A DNA stretch of 64,000 nt from Alphaproteobacteria bacterium (GTDB lineage: Bacteria; Pseudomonadota; Alphaproteobacteria; GCA-2746255): contig JAGWAR010000001.1 in NCBI GenBank assembly GCA_021296325.1, forward strand, positions 151,159-215,158, in the 5' to 3' direction. Below, piece after piece: positions 51,209 through 62,524 of this stretch (within the stretch, counting starts at the first letter, position 1; every line of letters begins with the position of its first letter). The notes beneath the pieces were generated by a model. The model worked only from the letters and a program-made list of their open reading frames with translations, searched no databases and had not been told where the DNA came from. A program made the position numbers and the translations under genes.

Positions 51209-52141
51209 TTAACCGGGAAGCATGGCGAGGATGCAGGCCTTCGTGCGGATCGTCGCCTCGAAAAGAAGCAGGTGACTGGTTTCCTCGACAACGGTCAACG
51301 CCGAACCGGGCACACGCGCGGCCAGATCGGGGGCAAGCTTGGCAATCCAGTCGCCGGCAAGGCCGATCTCGGGGTCGCCCGAAACGAAGCGGACCGGCAT
51401 CGGGAAATCGGGCAGGATTTCATAGTTCACCGAATCCATGTGGCAGGCGAAGATCGCCGCTTCCACTTCCGGCGGCGAGGCAAGGGTGTAGTCGCCCTTG
51501 CCGGTGGGGCGGAGATTGGCCCGCGCGTAATCGAGCAGGCGGCCTTCCTCGAACAGAGAAAAAAGCGACCGGCCCTTCAGGGCGCTGGTCAGCACGTCCG
51601 GGCTTGGCCAGCGGGCCTTGCGGTTTTGCGAAAGCCGGACGAGCTCGTCCGTCCGTTGCATGGCTTCGCCGTAAAGGGGGTGCGAATCCGGCGGAAAGAC
51701 CGGGGGCTCGAACAGCGTCACGCCTTCCCAAAAGGGGCGCTTGCGAAGCGCGCCAAGCCGCAAGCCGGCGATCGCGTTCAGGGAATGGGCCACGTAGTAA
51801 AGAGGCGCTTCCCCGATTTCGTTGCGAACGCTTTCGGTGATGGCTTCCAAGTCGTCCGCGAAGGCATCCATGTTGTAGTGACGATCGAGTTCGGTTTCCG
51901 GCGCCGACGAGCCGCCATGCCCCCGCGCATCGAAGGCGAACACGGTGGCCTCCAGCGCCAGCTCCTCGAGAAGCCGCAAATAGGAGCCGGCCGCCATACC
52001 GTTCGCATGACCGAACAGAAGAACCGGCCCCTCCTGAACCGGCCCGATCATCCGGTAAAGCTTGAGCCGGATTCCGTTCGGGCGAATCACCTCGTTCGCT
52101 TCGGCCTTTTCATGAGGGATCGAACGAAAACTCTCTGGCAT
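51209..52141 (-). CDS. Alpha/beta hydrolase fold protein
   Basis: 310 aa with a nucleophile elbow AHSLNA and HG oxyanion motifs. The start is possibly further downstream. Confidence 0.7.
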   Translation of the reverse strand: MPESFRSIPHEKAEANEVIRPNGIRLKLYRMIGPVQEGPVLLFGHANGMAAGSYLRLLEELALEATVFAFDARGHGGSSAPETELDRHYNMDAFADDLEAITESVRNEIGEAPLYYVAHSLNAIAGLRLGALRKRPFWEGVTLFEPPVFPPDSHPLYGEAMQRTDELVRLSQNRKARWPSPDVLTSALKGRSLFSLFEEGRLLDYARANLRPTGKGDYTLASPPEVEAAIFACHMDSVNYEILPDFPMPVRFVSGDPEIGLAGDWIAKLAPDLAARVPGSALTVVEETSHLLLFEATIRTKACILAMLPG

Positions 52142-52165
52142 GGAAATGTACTTTCAGGCCGCGGG

Positions 52166-52804
52166 CTAACGCCGGCGCGGTCCGGGCTTGCGTTTCTTGT
52201 AGGGGTCCCGAAGTTCGAAGAGGTCCGGGTCGAAGGTCTGCCCGAATTCGGCGTTCAAAAGACCGACTCGCGTCGTCAACCCTTGCGCGTCCGTCACTTC
52301 CCACTGGCGTAACGCAAAGGGGGCCTCGCTGAAGACGAGGGTCAGCTTGCCGGCCTTAGGGTCGTTCGTCTCGGTCAACTGGATGCGGACGGCGCCCGGC
52401 GTCTTTTCGACTTCCGTCACCGTAATCTCGCCGCTCAGTCGAATTTTTTCCTGCAACAGGAATGACGCCGGCGTCGAGGAAAGCGGCAGGTAGGTGACTT
52501 CTTCTAGTTCCTTGTCCTGATAGGCAAGCCAATCATCGGCCGCGATCAGCAACAGCGGCACGGGCGGGTCGTATTCGATTCGCATCCGTCCGGGCCGGGC
52601 AAGGTAGACGTCGCCTTCCGACAGCTCCCCGTTCGGCCCCACCTGGACGAAACGGGCGCGGATCGTTGTCAGGCGATTGAGATAGTTCTCGGCCCGATCG
52701 ATGGCGGCGCGCAGTTCCGGCGCAAACGCCGTTTTTGCGGCGACGGCATCCACCGAAAGAACTGCAAGCCCCAGGAACAGGGCCAAGACAAAACGGTTAC
52801 GCAA
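52166..52804 (-). CDS. lolA: Outer-membrane lipoprotein carrier protein LolA
   Basis: 212 aa with a signal peptide and LolA-like beta-barrel motifs. It is downstream of ftsK, as in the E. coli ftsK-lolA arrangement. Confidence 0.75.
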   Translation of the reverse strand: MRNRFVLALFLGLAVLSVDAVAAKTAFAPELRAAIDRAENYLNRLTTIRARFVQVGPNGELSEGDVYLARPGRMRIEYDPPVPLLLIAADDWLAYQDKELEEVTYLPLSSTPASFLLQEKIRLSGEITVTEVEKTPGAVRIQLTETNDPKAGKLTLVFSEAPFALRQWEVTDAQGLTTRVGLLNAEFGQTFDPDLFELRDPYKKRKPGPRRR

Positions 52805-52835
52805 CGGGAATACGCCTCGACCGAGATTGCTTGGT

Positions 52836-55229
52836 TTAAGAAACCTTGTCCGGTTCGCCGATCAGCACTTCACGCTTGCCGACATGGTTGGCAGGACTGA
52901 CGAGGCCGTCGGCCTCCATCTGGTCCATGATTCGTGCCGCCCGATTGTACCCGATTTGCAGATGGCGTTGGATGAAGCTTGTCGAGGCCTTGCGTTCGCG
53001 GCGAACCAGCGCGACGGCCTGATTGTAGAGGTCATCGCCCTCGCCCTCGGGCAGGGCAGCGAAGGGGTCTTCCTCTTCTTCAGTGATCTGGTCGACGTAA
53101 ACCGGTTCACTCTGTTCCTTCAGGAAATTGACGACGCGTTCGACTTCTTCGTCGCTGACGAAGGGGCCATGGATGCGGGTAATTCGCCCGCCGCCGGTCA
53201 TGTAGAGCATGTCGCCCTGGCCAAGCAGTTGCTCTGCCCCCTGGTCGCCCAGGATCGTGCGGCTGTCGATCTTGGAAGTGACCTGAAAACTGATCCGGGT
53301 CGGGAAGTTTGCCTTGATCGTGCCGGTTACCACGTCAACGGATGGCCGTTGCGTCGCCATGATCAGATGCACGCCGGCGGCGCGGGCCATCTGCGACAGG
53401 CGCTGGATGGCAAGTTCGACATCCTTGCCGGCGATCAGCATGAGGTCGGCCATCTCGTCGACGACGACGACGATGTAGGGAAGCGGCGTCAGGTCGAAGG
53501 GCTGTTCCTCGAACACGGGTTTTCCGGTTTCCGGATCGAACCCGGTTTGAATCGTCCGCGTCAGAATTTCGCCCTTCTTCTTCGCTTCCTCGACGCGCGC
53601 GTTGTAATTGTCAATGTTGCGTACACCAAGCTTCGACATGGCGCGGTAGCGATTTTCCATTTCGCGGACAGCCCATTTCAACGCGACGATCGCTTTCTTC
53701 GGTTCCGTGACGACCGGGTGCAGAAGATGCGGAATTTCGTCATAGGTCGAAAGTTCCAGCATCTTCGGGTCGATCAGGATCAATTTGCATTTCTCCGGAG
53801 GCAGCCGGTAAAGCAGGGACAGGATCATCGTGTTGATGGCGACCGACTTGCCGGACCCGGTCGTGCCGGCGATGAGAAGATGCGGCATGCGGGCGAGGTC
53901 GACCATCATCGGGCTGCCGCCGATATCCTTGCCGAGAACGAGCGTCAGGTTCTGGGCCGTCTTCTCGAAGGTCGAAGAGGCAAGCAATTCGCGCAGGTAC
54001 ACCGTCTCGCGGCCGGCGTTGGGAAGCTCGATGCCGATGACGTTGCGTCCCGCCACGACAGCGACGCGGACGGAAACCGCGCTCATCGACCGCGCGATGT
54101 CGTCGGACAGGCTGATGACGCGCGAGGTCTTCGTTCCGGGCGCGGGTTCGAGCTCGTAAAGGGTGACGATGGGACCGGGACGCACCTTGGTAATCTCGCC
54201 ACGCACGCCGAAATCGGCCAGCACGGATTCGAGAAGGCGGGCGTTCTGTTCAAGCGCGCTTTCATCGATCTTCGCCGTCGTCACCTTCGGGGGCGCGTTC
54301 AAAAGGTCGAGCGGGGGAAGCGCGAAAGCCTCGCCGGCCAGCAGGTGGAATTTCGGCTCGCGTTCGGCCTTGGCGCGCTTGCCGATGGCGGGGCCCTTCG
54401 GACGGGGCACGACCCGACTGGCCTCCTTGTCCGGCGCGCTTGGTGCCGCCGCGGCGCTGGCTTGCGCGGCAGGGGCTTCCGGTGCCGCCGCAGGGGCGGC
54501 GTCCACGATGCGCGAATCGCGGCGGCGATCCATCTCGGCACGCAGCAGGGAAAACCCGCCCTGGGCTGTCCGCCGGGCAAACGCCAGGGCGGCCTGGCCG
54601 GCGCGCAGCAAGCCCTGGCCCAGGAAGACGATGCCGCGGGCCGCGGCCTGCCATTCCCTGCGGTCAAACCCCAGCGCCGGCAGGAAAGCCAGCAGGGTGC
54701 CAAGCCCTGCGATGGCGCCGACCATGCCGGCGGTGAGCGGCAATTCGAGGGCTGCAATCTCGCGAAACAGCAGGACACCGGTAAACCCGCCGGGGCTGGT
54801 TTCCGGGTCGGCGAAACCGGCGGCGGCCAAGGTGGCCGTCAACAGGGCCAACGGCAGCAGCGCCAGCCGCATCCAGAAGCGCGCGATGCCCCGTTTCGCG
54901 AGGATGCGCCAGCTCCATGCCAGCAACAGCGGCACCAGCAGCCAGGCGGCCACGCCGATGGTTTGTAGGAGAAAGTCCGCCGTCATCGCCCCCGCCCCGC
55001 CGAGCCAGTTGGCAACGGGGCCGTTGCCGGCGCTGTTCAGCGAAGGGTCGGAGGCCGAATGGCTGGCCAATGCCAGGGCGACGGCGATGGCCAGCAGGGC
55101 CAAGAGCAGGCCGGCCGCCTCGATCGAGCGGCGGCGCAGAAATTCACGGATGCCGGCCGGTAGAAAGGTTGTTTTTCTGGCGCTTGCCGATCGCATCCTT
55201 ATGAGTCCCAAGGGTCCAAGGCGGCTCAT
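52836..55229 (-). CDS. ftsK: DNA translocase FtsK
   Basis: 797 aa with N-terminal TM helices, a Pro/Ala-rich linker, the motor domain (GTTGSGKSV) and a C-terminal gamma (KOPS-binding) winged helix. Confidence 0.95.
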   Translation of the reverse strand: MSRLGPLGLIRMRSASARKTTFLPAGIREFLRRRSIEAAGLLLALLAIAVALALASHSASDPSLNSAGNGPVANWLGGAGAMTADFLLQTIGVAAWLLVPLLLAWSWRILAKRGIARFWMRLALLPLALLTATLAAAGFADPETSPGGFTGVLLFREIAALELPLTAGMVGAIAGLGTLLAFLPALGFDRREWQAAARGIVFLGQGLLRAGQAALAFARRTAQGGFSLLRAEMDRRRDSRIVDAAPAAAPEAPAAQASAAAAPSAPDKEASRVVPRPKGPAIGKRAKAEREPKFHLLAGEAFALPPLDLLNAPPKVTTAKIDESALEQNARLLESVLADFGVRGEITKVRPGPIVTLYELEPAPGTKTSRVISLSDDIARSMSAVSVRVAVVAGRNVIGIELPNAGRETVYLRELLASSTFEKTAQNLTLVLGKDIGGSPMMVDLARMPHLLIAGTTGSGKSVAINTMILSLLYRLPPEKCKLILIDPKMLELSTYDEIPHLLHPVVTEPKKAIVALKWAVREMENRYRAMSKLGVRNIDNYNARVEEAKKKGEILTRTIQTGFDPETGKPVFEEQPFDLTPLPYIVVVVDEMADLMLIAGKDVELAIQRLSQMARAAGVHLIMATQRPSVDVVTGTIKANFPTRISFQVTSKIDSRTILGDQGAEQLLGQGDMLYMTGGGRITRIHGPFVSDEEVERVVNFLKEQSEPVYVDQITEEEEDPFAALPEGEGDDLYNQAVALVRRERKASTSFIQRHLQIGYNRAARIMDQMEADGLVSPANHVGKREVLIGEPDKVS

Positions 55230-55342
55230 CTTAATCTGCGCGGGCGGCGGGAAACAAGCTTTCCACCCCGAAACGCCACATCATCTTGCGGAAAGCCGGC
55301 CCAAAAACCCCCAGATTTGCCCGTCGAACGGCGCGCCGGACG

Positions 55343-55376
55343 AAAAAAGGCCCGGAAGACAACCGCCTTCCGGGCC
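55343..55376 (-). terminator. Rho-independent terminator downstream of amtB
   Basis: Perfect 10-bp stem GGCCCGGAAG/CTTCCGGGCC with an 8-nt loop, followed on the minus strand by TTTTTT. It lies 25 nt after the amtB stop. Confidence 0.6.
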
Positions 55377-55400
55377 AAGGACTGGAAACGTTGGGACCGT

Positions 55401-56699
55401 CTAAAGCACGCTTTCCCCGTGGAGGCGGATGTCGAGGCCTTCGCGCTCGTCCTCCTCCTTCACGCGGATCCCGATGACGAGATCGATCACCTTCAGAAGT
55501 ACGAAGGAGACGATTCCGCAATAGATGATCGTAGCGAGGATTCCATAAGCTTGCGTCCACACCTGACCCGGGTTGCCTTCCAGCAGGCCGGGGGTTCCGC
55601 CGATGGCCTCGACGGCGAAGACGCCGGTCAAAAGCGCGCCGACAATACCGCCAAGCCCGTGAACGGCGAAGACGTCAAGCGAATCGTCGTAACCAAGCTT
55701 GCGCTTCAACCAGGTTGCACCCCAGAAACAGATGATGCCGGCGATGGCGCCGATGCAAAGGGCCCCCATCGGATCGACGAAGCCGGAGGCCGGCGTGATT
55801 GCAACGAGACCCGCCACCGCGCCCGAAGCGATGCCGAGCACGCTGGGTTTGCCGTGGGCGAGCCATTCCGCAAACATCCAGGCCAAGGCCGCCGCTGCGG
55901 TTGCAATCTGGGTCACTGCCATTGCCATGCCGGCCAAACCGTCGGCTGCCACGGCGGAACCGGCGTTGAAGCCGAACCAGCCGACCCACAGGAACGAAGC
56001 GCCCATGACCGTCAGCACCAGATTGTGCGGCATGATGACTTCCCTGCCGTAACCGGTGCGTGGACCAAGAACGAGACACGCCACCAACGCCGCGACGCCG
56101 GAGTTGATGTGGACGACGGTGCCGCCTGCGAAATCGAGTACGCCGACGTCGGCCAGGAAGCCACCGCCCCATACCCAGTGGGTAATCGGCGAATAGACCA
56201 GGATCGACCATGCGGCCAGGAACAGCAGCAGGGCCGAGAACTTCATCCGCTCGGCGACCGCGCCGGTAATCAGGGCGGCCGTGATGATGGCAAAGGTGAG
56301 CTGGAAGATGATGAAAACGGATTCCGGAATCGAGCCGTTGATCTGTTCAAGGCTGAGCGTGTTCAGGAACAGATTGCTCAGATCGCCGACATAGGCACCG
56401 CCTTCACCGAAGGCGAGGCTGTAACCGATGACCATCCAGACGATGGTAATCAGGCAAGTGGTCGTGAAGCTTTGCATGACGGTAGCAAGGACGTTTGGCT
56501 TCCGCACCATGCCGCCGTAGAAAAGGGCGACCCCTGGAATTGTCATCAACAAGACCAGCGCGGTGGCGGTTAACATCCAGGCAGTATCGCCGCTGCTTAA
56601 GGTAGGCGCCGCCTCTGCCGCCGCCTCCATCGCTTCCTGGGCAAGCGCCGATCCGCTTGAAGCGGTCAACGCCAGGATTGCAAATAGCAGTCTCTTCAT
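55401..56699 (-). CDS. amtB: Ammonium transporter AmtB
   Basis: From MKRLLFAILALTASSGSALA (signal peptide; ATG 56697-56699 confirmed), with 11 TM helices and Amt signature motifs. Confidence 0.95.
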   Translation of the reverse strand: MKRLLFAILALTASSGSALAQEAMEAAAEAAPTLSSGDTAWMLTATALVLLMTIPGVALFYGGMVRKPNVLATVMQSFTTTCLITIVWMVIGYSLAFGEGGAYVGDLSNLFLNTLSLEQINGSIPESVFIIFQLTFAIITAALITGAVAERMKFSALLLFLAAWSILVYSPITHWVWGGGFLADVGVLDFAGGTVVHINSGVAALVACLVLGPRTGYGREVIMPHNLVLTVMGASFLWVGWFGFNAGSAVAADGLAGMAMAVTQIATAAAALAWMFAEWLAHGKPSVLGIASGAVAGLVAITPASGFVDPMGALCIGAIAGIICFWGATWLKRKLGYDDSLDVFAVHGLGGIVGALLTGVFAVEAIGGTPGLLEGNPGQVWTQAYGILATIIYCGIVSFVLLKVIDLVIGIRVKEEDEREGLDIRLHGESVL

Positions 56700-56709
56700 G
56701 AGGGGCCTC

Positions 56710-57106
<397 letters not shown>

Positions 57107-57315
57107 AATCCGGTCCGGTCGTAACAGATTGAATTAATTGTGTAATTTTTTAGGCAGTGGGAACGGGGCGCGGGCGGCTCCAAGGATCAGCCCAGATTTT
57201 GGGCAAATACCCCGCGTTGATTAAAATCTAAGCATATCAGGGCGCCGGCCGTGGCCCGCGACTGGACAGACGCGTACGGACGGGCGATGGTGCGCCCGTT
57301 GGAGGCGGGAATCCC

Positions 57316-58539
57316 ATGGCAAAACGCACGGAAACGGTCATCATCGGCGGCGGGCTGATTGGGCTTACCCTTGGGATCGCGCTTGGCCGTTCCGGTATCG
57401 AAACAATTGTCGTCGAGCGGGAATCGCCGAAACGGGTGCAGGCCGCCGCCTTCGACGGCCGCACCTCGGCGATCGCCTATGGCTCGCGCCGAGTGCTGAG
57501 GGGGCTTGGCCTGTGGGAGGCGATGGCCGGCGGGGCCGAACCCATCCTCGACATCCGGGTGGCGGATGGCGCGTCGCCGCTTTTTCTCCATTACGACCAC
57601 CGCGACGTCGGCACCGAACCCTTCGGCCACATCCTCGAAAACCGGCACCTGCGCCAGGCCCTGTTCGCAAGCGCGGCGAACGTGCCGGCGCTGCAACTGG
57701 AGGCGCCGGCCGAAGTGCGCCAGCTTGAACGCGACGCCCACGGCGTGCGTGCCCATCTGGATTCCGGCGAAACGATTGCGGCGCAGATCGCCATCGCGGC
57801 GGACGGGCGCAAGTCGCCGATGCGCGAGGCGGCCGGCATCCGAAGCCTGCGCGGGCGCTATCCGCAAACGGCGATCGTCTGCACGGTTCGTCACGAAAAG
57901 TCCCATCACGGTGTCGCCGTCGAACATTTTCTTCCCGCCGGCCCCTTTGCCATCCTGCCGATGACGGAAAACCGTTCCTCCATCGTCTGGACGGAACGGA
58001 GCGAGCTTGCGCCGGCATTGCTGAAACTCGAAGCACCCGACTTCCTTCGGGAACTCGTCCGGCGCTTCGGGGATCATTTGGGCGGGCTGCAACTGGAAGG
58101 CGGGCGGTGGTCCTATCCGCTTTCCCTCGTGCTGGCCGAACGCTATCTGGCCGACCGCCTTGCCCTTATCGGCGATGCCGCCCATGGCATTCACCCCATC
58201 GCCGGGCAGGGGCTCAACCTGGGTTTTCGGGATGTCGCGAGCCTGGCCGAATGCCTGGTCGACGCCCATCGGTTGGGACTGGATCTTGGACGTGGTGTCC
58301 ATCTTGAACGCTACCAACGGCTTCGCCGGTTCGACGGTTTTCTGATGGCGGCGATGACGGATGGGCTGAACCGGCTTTTCTCGAACGATCTGGCACCGCT
58401 TCGCATCGTGCGGGACGCGGGCCTTGGCGCCGTCAACCGGCTGCCGCCCCTGAAGCGGCAGCTCATGCGTCACGCCATGGGCATGCCCTTGGGCGGCTGG
58501 GACAAGGGGCCGCGCCTGGTTCGTGGCCTTCCCCTTTGA
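57316..58539 (+). CDS. ubiH: UbiH/UbiF/VisC/COQ6-family FAD-dependent ubiquinone biosynthesis hydroxylase
   Basis: 407 aa with the FAD motif VIIGGGLIGLTLG and DG/GD motifs. Confidence 0.85.
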   Translation: MAKRTETVIIGGGLIGLTLGIALGRSGIETIVVERESPKRVQAAAFDGRTSAIAYGSRRVLRGLGLWEAMAGGAEPILDIRVADGASPLFLHYDHRDVGTEPFGHILENRHLRQALFASAANVPALQLEAPAEVRQLERDAHGVRAHLDSGETIAAQIAIAADGRKSPMREAAGIRSLRGRYPQTAIVCTVRHEKSHHGVAVEHFLPAGPFAILPMTENRSSIVWTERSELAPALLKLEAPDFLRELVRRFGDHLGGLQLEGGRWSYPLSLVLAERYLADRLALIGDAAHGIHPIAGQGLNLGFRDVASLAECLVDAHRLGLDLGRGVHLERYQRLRRFDGFLMAAMTDGLNRLFSNDLAPLRIVRDAGLGAVNRLPPLKRQLMRHAMGMPLGGWDKGPRLVRGLPL

Positions 58540-58551
58540 GAGAGTCACGGT

Positions 58552-58755
58552 TTAGGCTTTGGTTTCGCTTTCGTCGAGTGCGCGGGCTTCGTCCACCAGC
58601 ATGATCGGAATGCCGTCGCGGATGGGATAGGCAAGCTTTGCCTGTTCGCTGATCAGTTCCTGACGCTCCTTGTCGAAACGAAGCGGCCCCTTCGTCAGCG
58701 GGCAGACGAGAATTTCCAGAAGCTTCGGATCGACGCCTGCTTTGGCTTCTCCCAT
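58552..58755 (-). CDS. Trm112 family protein (UPF0434/YcaR)
   Basis: 67 aa with [11 protein letters not shown]...DGIPIML, characteristic of Trm112/YcaR. Confidence 0.75.
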   Translation of the reverse strand: MGEAKAGVDPKLLEILVCPLTKGPLRFDKERQELISEQAKLAYPIRDGIPIMLVDEARALDESETKA

Positions 58756-58770
58756 GAAAACGGTCTCCTT

Positions 58771-59415
58771 CTAGTTTGGGCGCACGCTATCGTCCGTGCC
58801 GGGGGAAAGCAGCGCCATTTCCAGCAGCGCCGTCAGCACTTGGCTGCGTTCGGCCAGGCTCGCGCATTCCAGCAGCGCCTGTTTTTCGTTCGGCTTGAAC
58901 GGGCAGGTCATGGCCAACGAGACGATCAACTGCTCGTCCGGCAGGGCGGTCACGGCTTTCCATTCAACCTCGATGGCATTTTGCTGCAGGAAAAGGTGCA
59001 GCACGTCCAGCAACCGGTTGCGGTCGATCTGGTTGCCGGTTTCCGGAACCTGATCTTCGGAAAAATCGGAGTAATCGGGAACGATGCGGCGGTAGCCGTT
59101 CTGGTCGGGTAGTTCGCGTGCGATGTGGAAGCGGTTGACGCCGGTCAACATGATCAGGAAACGGTCGTCTTCCGTTTCGTTGAAGGCGGTGATGCGGCCA
59201 AGGCATCCGGTTTGGTACACCGCCGGGCGCTGCGACTTGTCGTCGTTCTTCAGTGGCTGCACCATTCCGATGGTGCGGTCATTCGCCATGGCGTCGTGCA
59301 CCATGTTGAGGTAGCGCGGCTCGAAGATATTCAGCGGCAGTACACCGCGCGGCAGCAGCAGGGCGCCGCTTAGGGGAAAGATCGGAACGATTTCCGGCAG
59401 GTTGTCTTCCAGCAT
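58771..59415 (-). CDS. LON N-terminal (substrate-binding) domain protein
   Basis: 214 aa with IFPLSGALLLPRGVLPLNIFEPRY, typical of the Lon N-domain. Confidence 0.75.
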   Translation of the reverse strand: MLEDNLPEIVPIFPLSGALLLPRGVLPLNIFEPRYLNMVHDAMANDRTIGMVQPLKNDDKSQRPAVYQTGCLGRITAFNETEDDRFLIMLTGVNRFHIARELPDQNGYRRIVPDYSDFSEDQVPETGNQIDRNRLLDVLHLFLQQNAIEVEWKAVTALPDEQLIVSLAMTCPFKPNEKQALLECASLAERSQVLTALLEMALLSPGTDDSVRPN

Positions 59416-59416
59416 C

Positions 59417-60319
59417 TTACGAAAATAAAAGTGATGACAATTGCCGTCTTCCCGCGACCGTCAACGGATCCTCCGGTCCCAGGGCCTCGAAGAATTTCAG
59501 AAGCTGCGTATGGGCCGCCTTGTCGTTCCATTTGCGGTCGCGGCGAATAATTTCGAGCAGGGATTCGATCGCCGCTTCGCGGTTGCCGCTGGCGAATTCG
59601 GCTAGCGCGAGTTCGTAACGTGCGGCGTGATCGTTCGGGTTTTCCGAAAGCTTCGCCGCAAGCGCTTCGGTTTCCTCGGAGGGCGCGACCTGCTCGGCCA
59701 GTTCGATACGGGCCCGGATGCCGGCGATGGCCGAATGGTTGCGCAGTTTCTCGGGCACGTCTTCCAGATAGCTCTTGGCGCCGGCCGTGTCGCCGGAGGC
59801 GAGAAAGCTTTCGATGATACCGGCCAGCGCGTCGGCATTTTCCGGCTCCTGCCCGAGAACGTCGGAGTAAAGGGCCTGGGCCTGGCCGATGTCACCCGCC
59901 TTCAGTGCCTGGTTCGCCGCCTCCAGGGTCTCGGCCGTTTGATCGGTGACGGGGCCGCCGAGCATGCGGCCGAAAAACTGGCGAAGGCTGTCCTCCGGGA
60001 TCGGCCCCATGAAGCCGTTCACCGGGGCGCCGTTCTGGAAGACCATCACGGCCGGCACCGTCTGCAGCTGCAATTGCTGGGCGACCTCGGGGTGCTGCTG
60101 GACGTTCATCTTGACCAGGCGGAGACGCGCGCCGGCCTCCCGCGCCAGGCGCTCGATGACCGGCGTGAACGGCTCGCAAGCCGGGTTGGGCATCCAGAAA
60201 TAGACGAAAACGGGGATTTTTTTCGACGGCTCGACGACGTCCTGAAGGAAGCTCTGGGGGCTTCCTTCCACGATTGTGGGGGCGTCGGCGCCGTCCGCGA
60301 GAAGGGGCGGGTTGGTCAT
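59417..60319 (-). CDS. Thioredoxin-domain co-chaperone with TPR-like C-terminus (YbbN/CnoX family)
   Basis: About 300 aa with a thioredoxin fold (lacking the CxxC motif) and a TPR-like helical C-terminus. Confidence 0.8.
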   Translation of the reverse strand: MTNPPLLADGADAPTIVEGSPQSFLQDVVEPSKKIPVFVYFWMPNPACEPFTPVIERLAREAGARLRLVKMNVQQHPEVAQQLQLQTVPAVMVFQNGAPVNGFMGPIPEDSLRQFFGRMLGGPVTDQTAETLEAANQALKAGDIGQAQALYSDVLGQEPENADALAGIIESFLASGDTAGAKSYLEDVPEKLRNHSAIAGIRARIELAEQVAPSEETEALAAKLSENPNDHAARYELALAEFASGNREAAIESLLEIIRRDRKWNDKAAHTQLLKFFEALGPEDPLTVAGRRQLSSLLFS

Positions 60320-60423
60320 CGGGTCCAAGATATGGCTTTCCTTAAGGCTTGAAAGACGGTCTTTTCGCTGGCCTGCGAATCATGGGGGTTTGGGGGACTT
60401 CGTGCAAGTCCGGCGAACGGGCT

Positions 60424-60451
60424 TGAATTCGAAAGGACTTTGCCTAGACTC
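60424..60451 (+). promoter_or_regulatory. Putative sigma70 promoter for tRNA-Gly (TTGAAT-N16-TAGACT)
   Basis: -35 TTGAAT at 60424-60429, 16-nt spacer, -10 TAGACT at 60446-60451, about 28 nt upstream of the mature tRNA 5' end. Confidence 0.35.
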
Positions 60452-60478
60452 CGCCCTCTCGGGAATCCCCGGGATCAA

Positions 60479-60553
60479 GCGGGCGTAGCTCAGGGGTAGA
60501 GCGCAACCTTGCCAAGGTTGAAGTCGTGGGTTCGAATCCCATCGCCCGCTCCA
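60479..60553 (+). tRNA. tRNA-Gly (anticodon GCC)
   Basis: 75-nt cloverleaf GCGGGCG...CGCCCGC with a 7-bp acceptor stem, anticodon loop CUUGCCAA, T-loop GGTTCGAATCC and an encoded CCA. Confidence 0.9.
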
Positions 60554-60660
60554 TTTTCTAAAGAACGGTCGGCGCAGCAGGCCTTTGCGGAAGCGAAGGC
60601 GAAAGACTATGTTGCAGCCACCTTGCCACAGTGAAGCGGGCGAAGGCCCCCGAAACGAAC

Positions 60661-62484
60661 ATGTCCCTGCGCAACATCGCCATCATCGCCCATGTCGATC
60701 ATGGGAAAACGACGCTTGTCGATGGCTTGCTAAGGCAGTCGGGCGCCTTCCGCGAAGGCCAGCGCGTCGCCGAACGCGCCATGGATTCGGGCGACATCGA
60801 ACGCGAGCGCGGCATCACCATTCTTGCCAAATGCACGTCCGTGCAGTGGAAGGATGTGCGCATCAACATCGTGGATACACCGGGGCACGCTGATTTCGGC
60901 GGCGAAGTCGAGCGCATCCTCAACATGGTGGACGGCGTGCTGGTGCTGGTGGACGCGGCCGAGGGGCCGATGCCGCAGACGAAATTCGTGCTCGGCAAGG
61001 CGTTGGCGGTGGGCTTGCGCCCCATCGTCGTCGTCAACAAGACGGATCGCGCCGACGCCCGCCCCTTCGAGGTGCAGAACGAAACGTTCGATCTGATGGC
61101 GGCCCTTGGGGCAGCCGAATCGCAACTTGATTTTCCGACCCTTTTTGCTTCGGCGAAGCAGGGTTGGGCCGCGGAAGTCCCGGAAGGTCCGCGCGAAAAT
61201 CTGCACGCGCTGTTCGACCTTATTCTGAAACACGTGCCCGAGCCGGAAGCCGAACCCGATTCGCCCTTCCGCATGCTGGTGACGACGCTCGAATACGACA
61301 ACTATCTGGGCCGCGTGCTGACCGGGCGCATCCATGCCGGCATTTGCCGCGTCAACCAGACGGTCAAGGCCATGGGCCCGGACGGCGAAAAGGCGGATGC
61401 CGGGCGCATCGTGCAGTTGCTGGCCTTTCGCGGGCTTGAACGCGTGCCGGTTGCGGAGGCCCACGCCGGCGACATCGTCGCCGTGGCGGGACTCGCCGAC
61501 GCCTCCGTCGCGGATACGATTTGCGACCCGAAGGAGACCGCGGTCCTTCCCGCCCAGCCGGTCGACCCGCCGACCCTGGCGATGACGTTTTCGGTAAACG
61601 ATTCGCCGCTTGCCGGGCGCAACGGCGACAAGGTGACGAGCCGTCTGATCGGCGCGCGTCTGGCGCGCGAGGGCGAGGGCAACGTTGCCATCCGCATCCG
61701 CGAAACCGGTACCGCCGGCGAGTTCGAGGTCGCCGGGCGCGGCGAGCTGCAGATCGCGGTGCTGATCGAAACCATGCGGCGCGAAGGTTTCGAGCTTTCG
61801 GTGAGCCGCCCGCATGTGTTGTTCAAGACGGACCCGGAAACCGGCCAGGAGATGGAGCCGGTCGAACAGGTCGTCGTCGACGTGGACGAGGAGTTCGCCG
61901 GCGCCGTCATGGAAAAGCTGGGTCAGCGGCGGGGCGAATTGACCGACATGCGCTCGACCGGCGGCGCCAAGCAACGGCTTGCCTTCCTGGCGCCGACGCG
62001 GGCGCTGATCGGCTATCACTCGGAATTCGTGACGGACACGCGCGGTACCGGCGTCATGAACCGGCTGTTCCACGGTTACGCGCCGTTTAAGGGGGTGATC
62101 AAGGGACGGAACGCGGGTGCTCTCATCTCCATGGCGGCGGGCCAAATGGTGGCTTACGCACTCTGGAACATCGAGGAACGCGGCAAGCTTTTCGTGAAAC
62201 CGGGGGAGGAGACCTATCCCGGCATGATCATCGGCGAGCATTCGCGCGGCAACGATCTTGAGGTCAATCCGCTAAAGGGAAAACAGCTTACGAACATCCG
62301 CACTCACGCCAAGGACGAGGCCATCGCGCTGACGCCGCCGGTGCGCATGTCGCTGGAAGAGGCGATCGCCTATATCGGCGATGACGAACTGGTGGAAGTA
62401 ACGCCGGCTTGTTTCCGGCTGCGCAAACGCCTGCTCGATTCGAACGATCGCAAGCGCGCCGCCCGCAAAGAGGCCGCGAGCTGA
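60661..62484 (+). CDS. typA: Translational GTPase TypA/BipA
   Basis: From [18 protein letters not shown], with G-domain motifs and a TypA C-terminal domain. The track's N-extension from 60631 is unlikely. Confidence 0.95.
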   Translation: MSLRNIAIIAHVDHGKTTLVDGLLRQSGAFREGQRVAERAMDSGDIERERGITILAKCTSVQWKDVRINIVDTPGHADFGGEVERILNMVDGVLVLVDAAEGPMPQTKFVLGKALAVGLRPIVVVNKTDRADARPFEVQNETFDLMAALGAAESQLDFPTLFASAKQGWAAEVPEGPRENLHALFDLILKHVPEPEAEPDSPFRMLVTTLEYDNYLGRVLTGRIHAGICRVNQTVKAMGPDGEKADAGRIVQLLAFRGLERVPVAEAHAGDIVAVAGLADASVADTICDPKETAVLPAQPVDPPTLAMTFSVNDSPLAGRNGDKVTSRLIGARLAREGEGNVAIRIRETGTAGEFEVAGRGELQIAVLIETMRREGFELSVSRPHVLFKTDPETGQEMEPVEQVVVDVDEEFAGAVMEKLGQRRGELTDMRSTGGAKQRLAFLAPTRALIGYHSEFVTDTRGTGVMNRLFHGYAPFKGVIKGRNAGALISMAAGQMVAYALWNIEERGKLFVKPGEETYPGMIIGEHSRGNDLEVNPLKGKQLTNIRTHAKDEAIALTPPVRMSLEEAIAYIGDDELVEVTPACFRLRKRLLDSNDRKRAARKEAAS

Positions 62485-62524
62485 AGAAAGCGGAGCCCAT
62501 CGCTTATTCCGGATATCCTGGCCC

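Noticed and set aside
60329-60660. Possible genomic island or integrative element at the tRNA-Gly gene
   Set aside because: Both flanks are core genes (ybbN-like upstream, typA downstream). There is no integrase, no direct repeat of the tRNA 3' end, and no GC-content shift.
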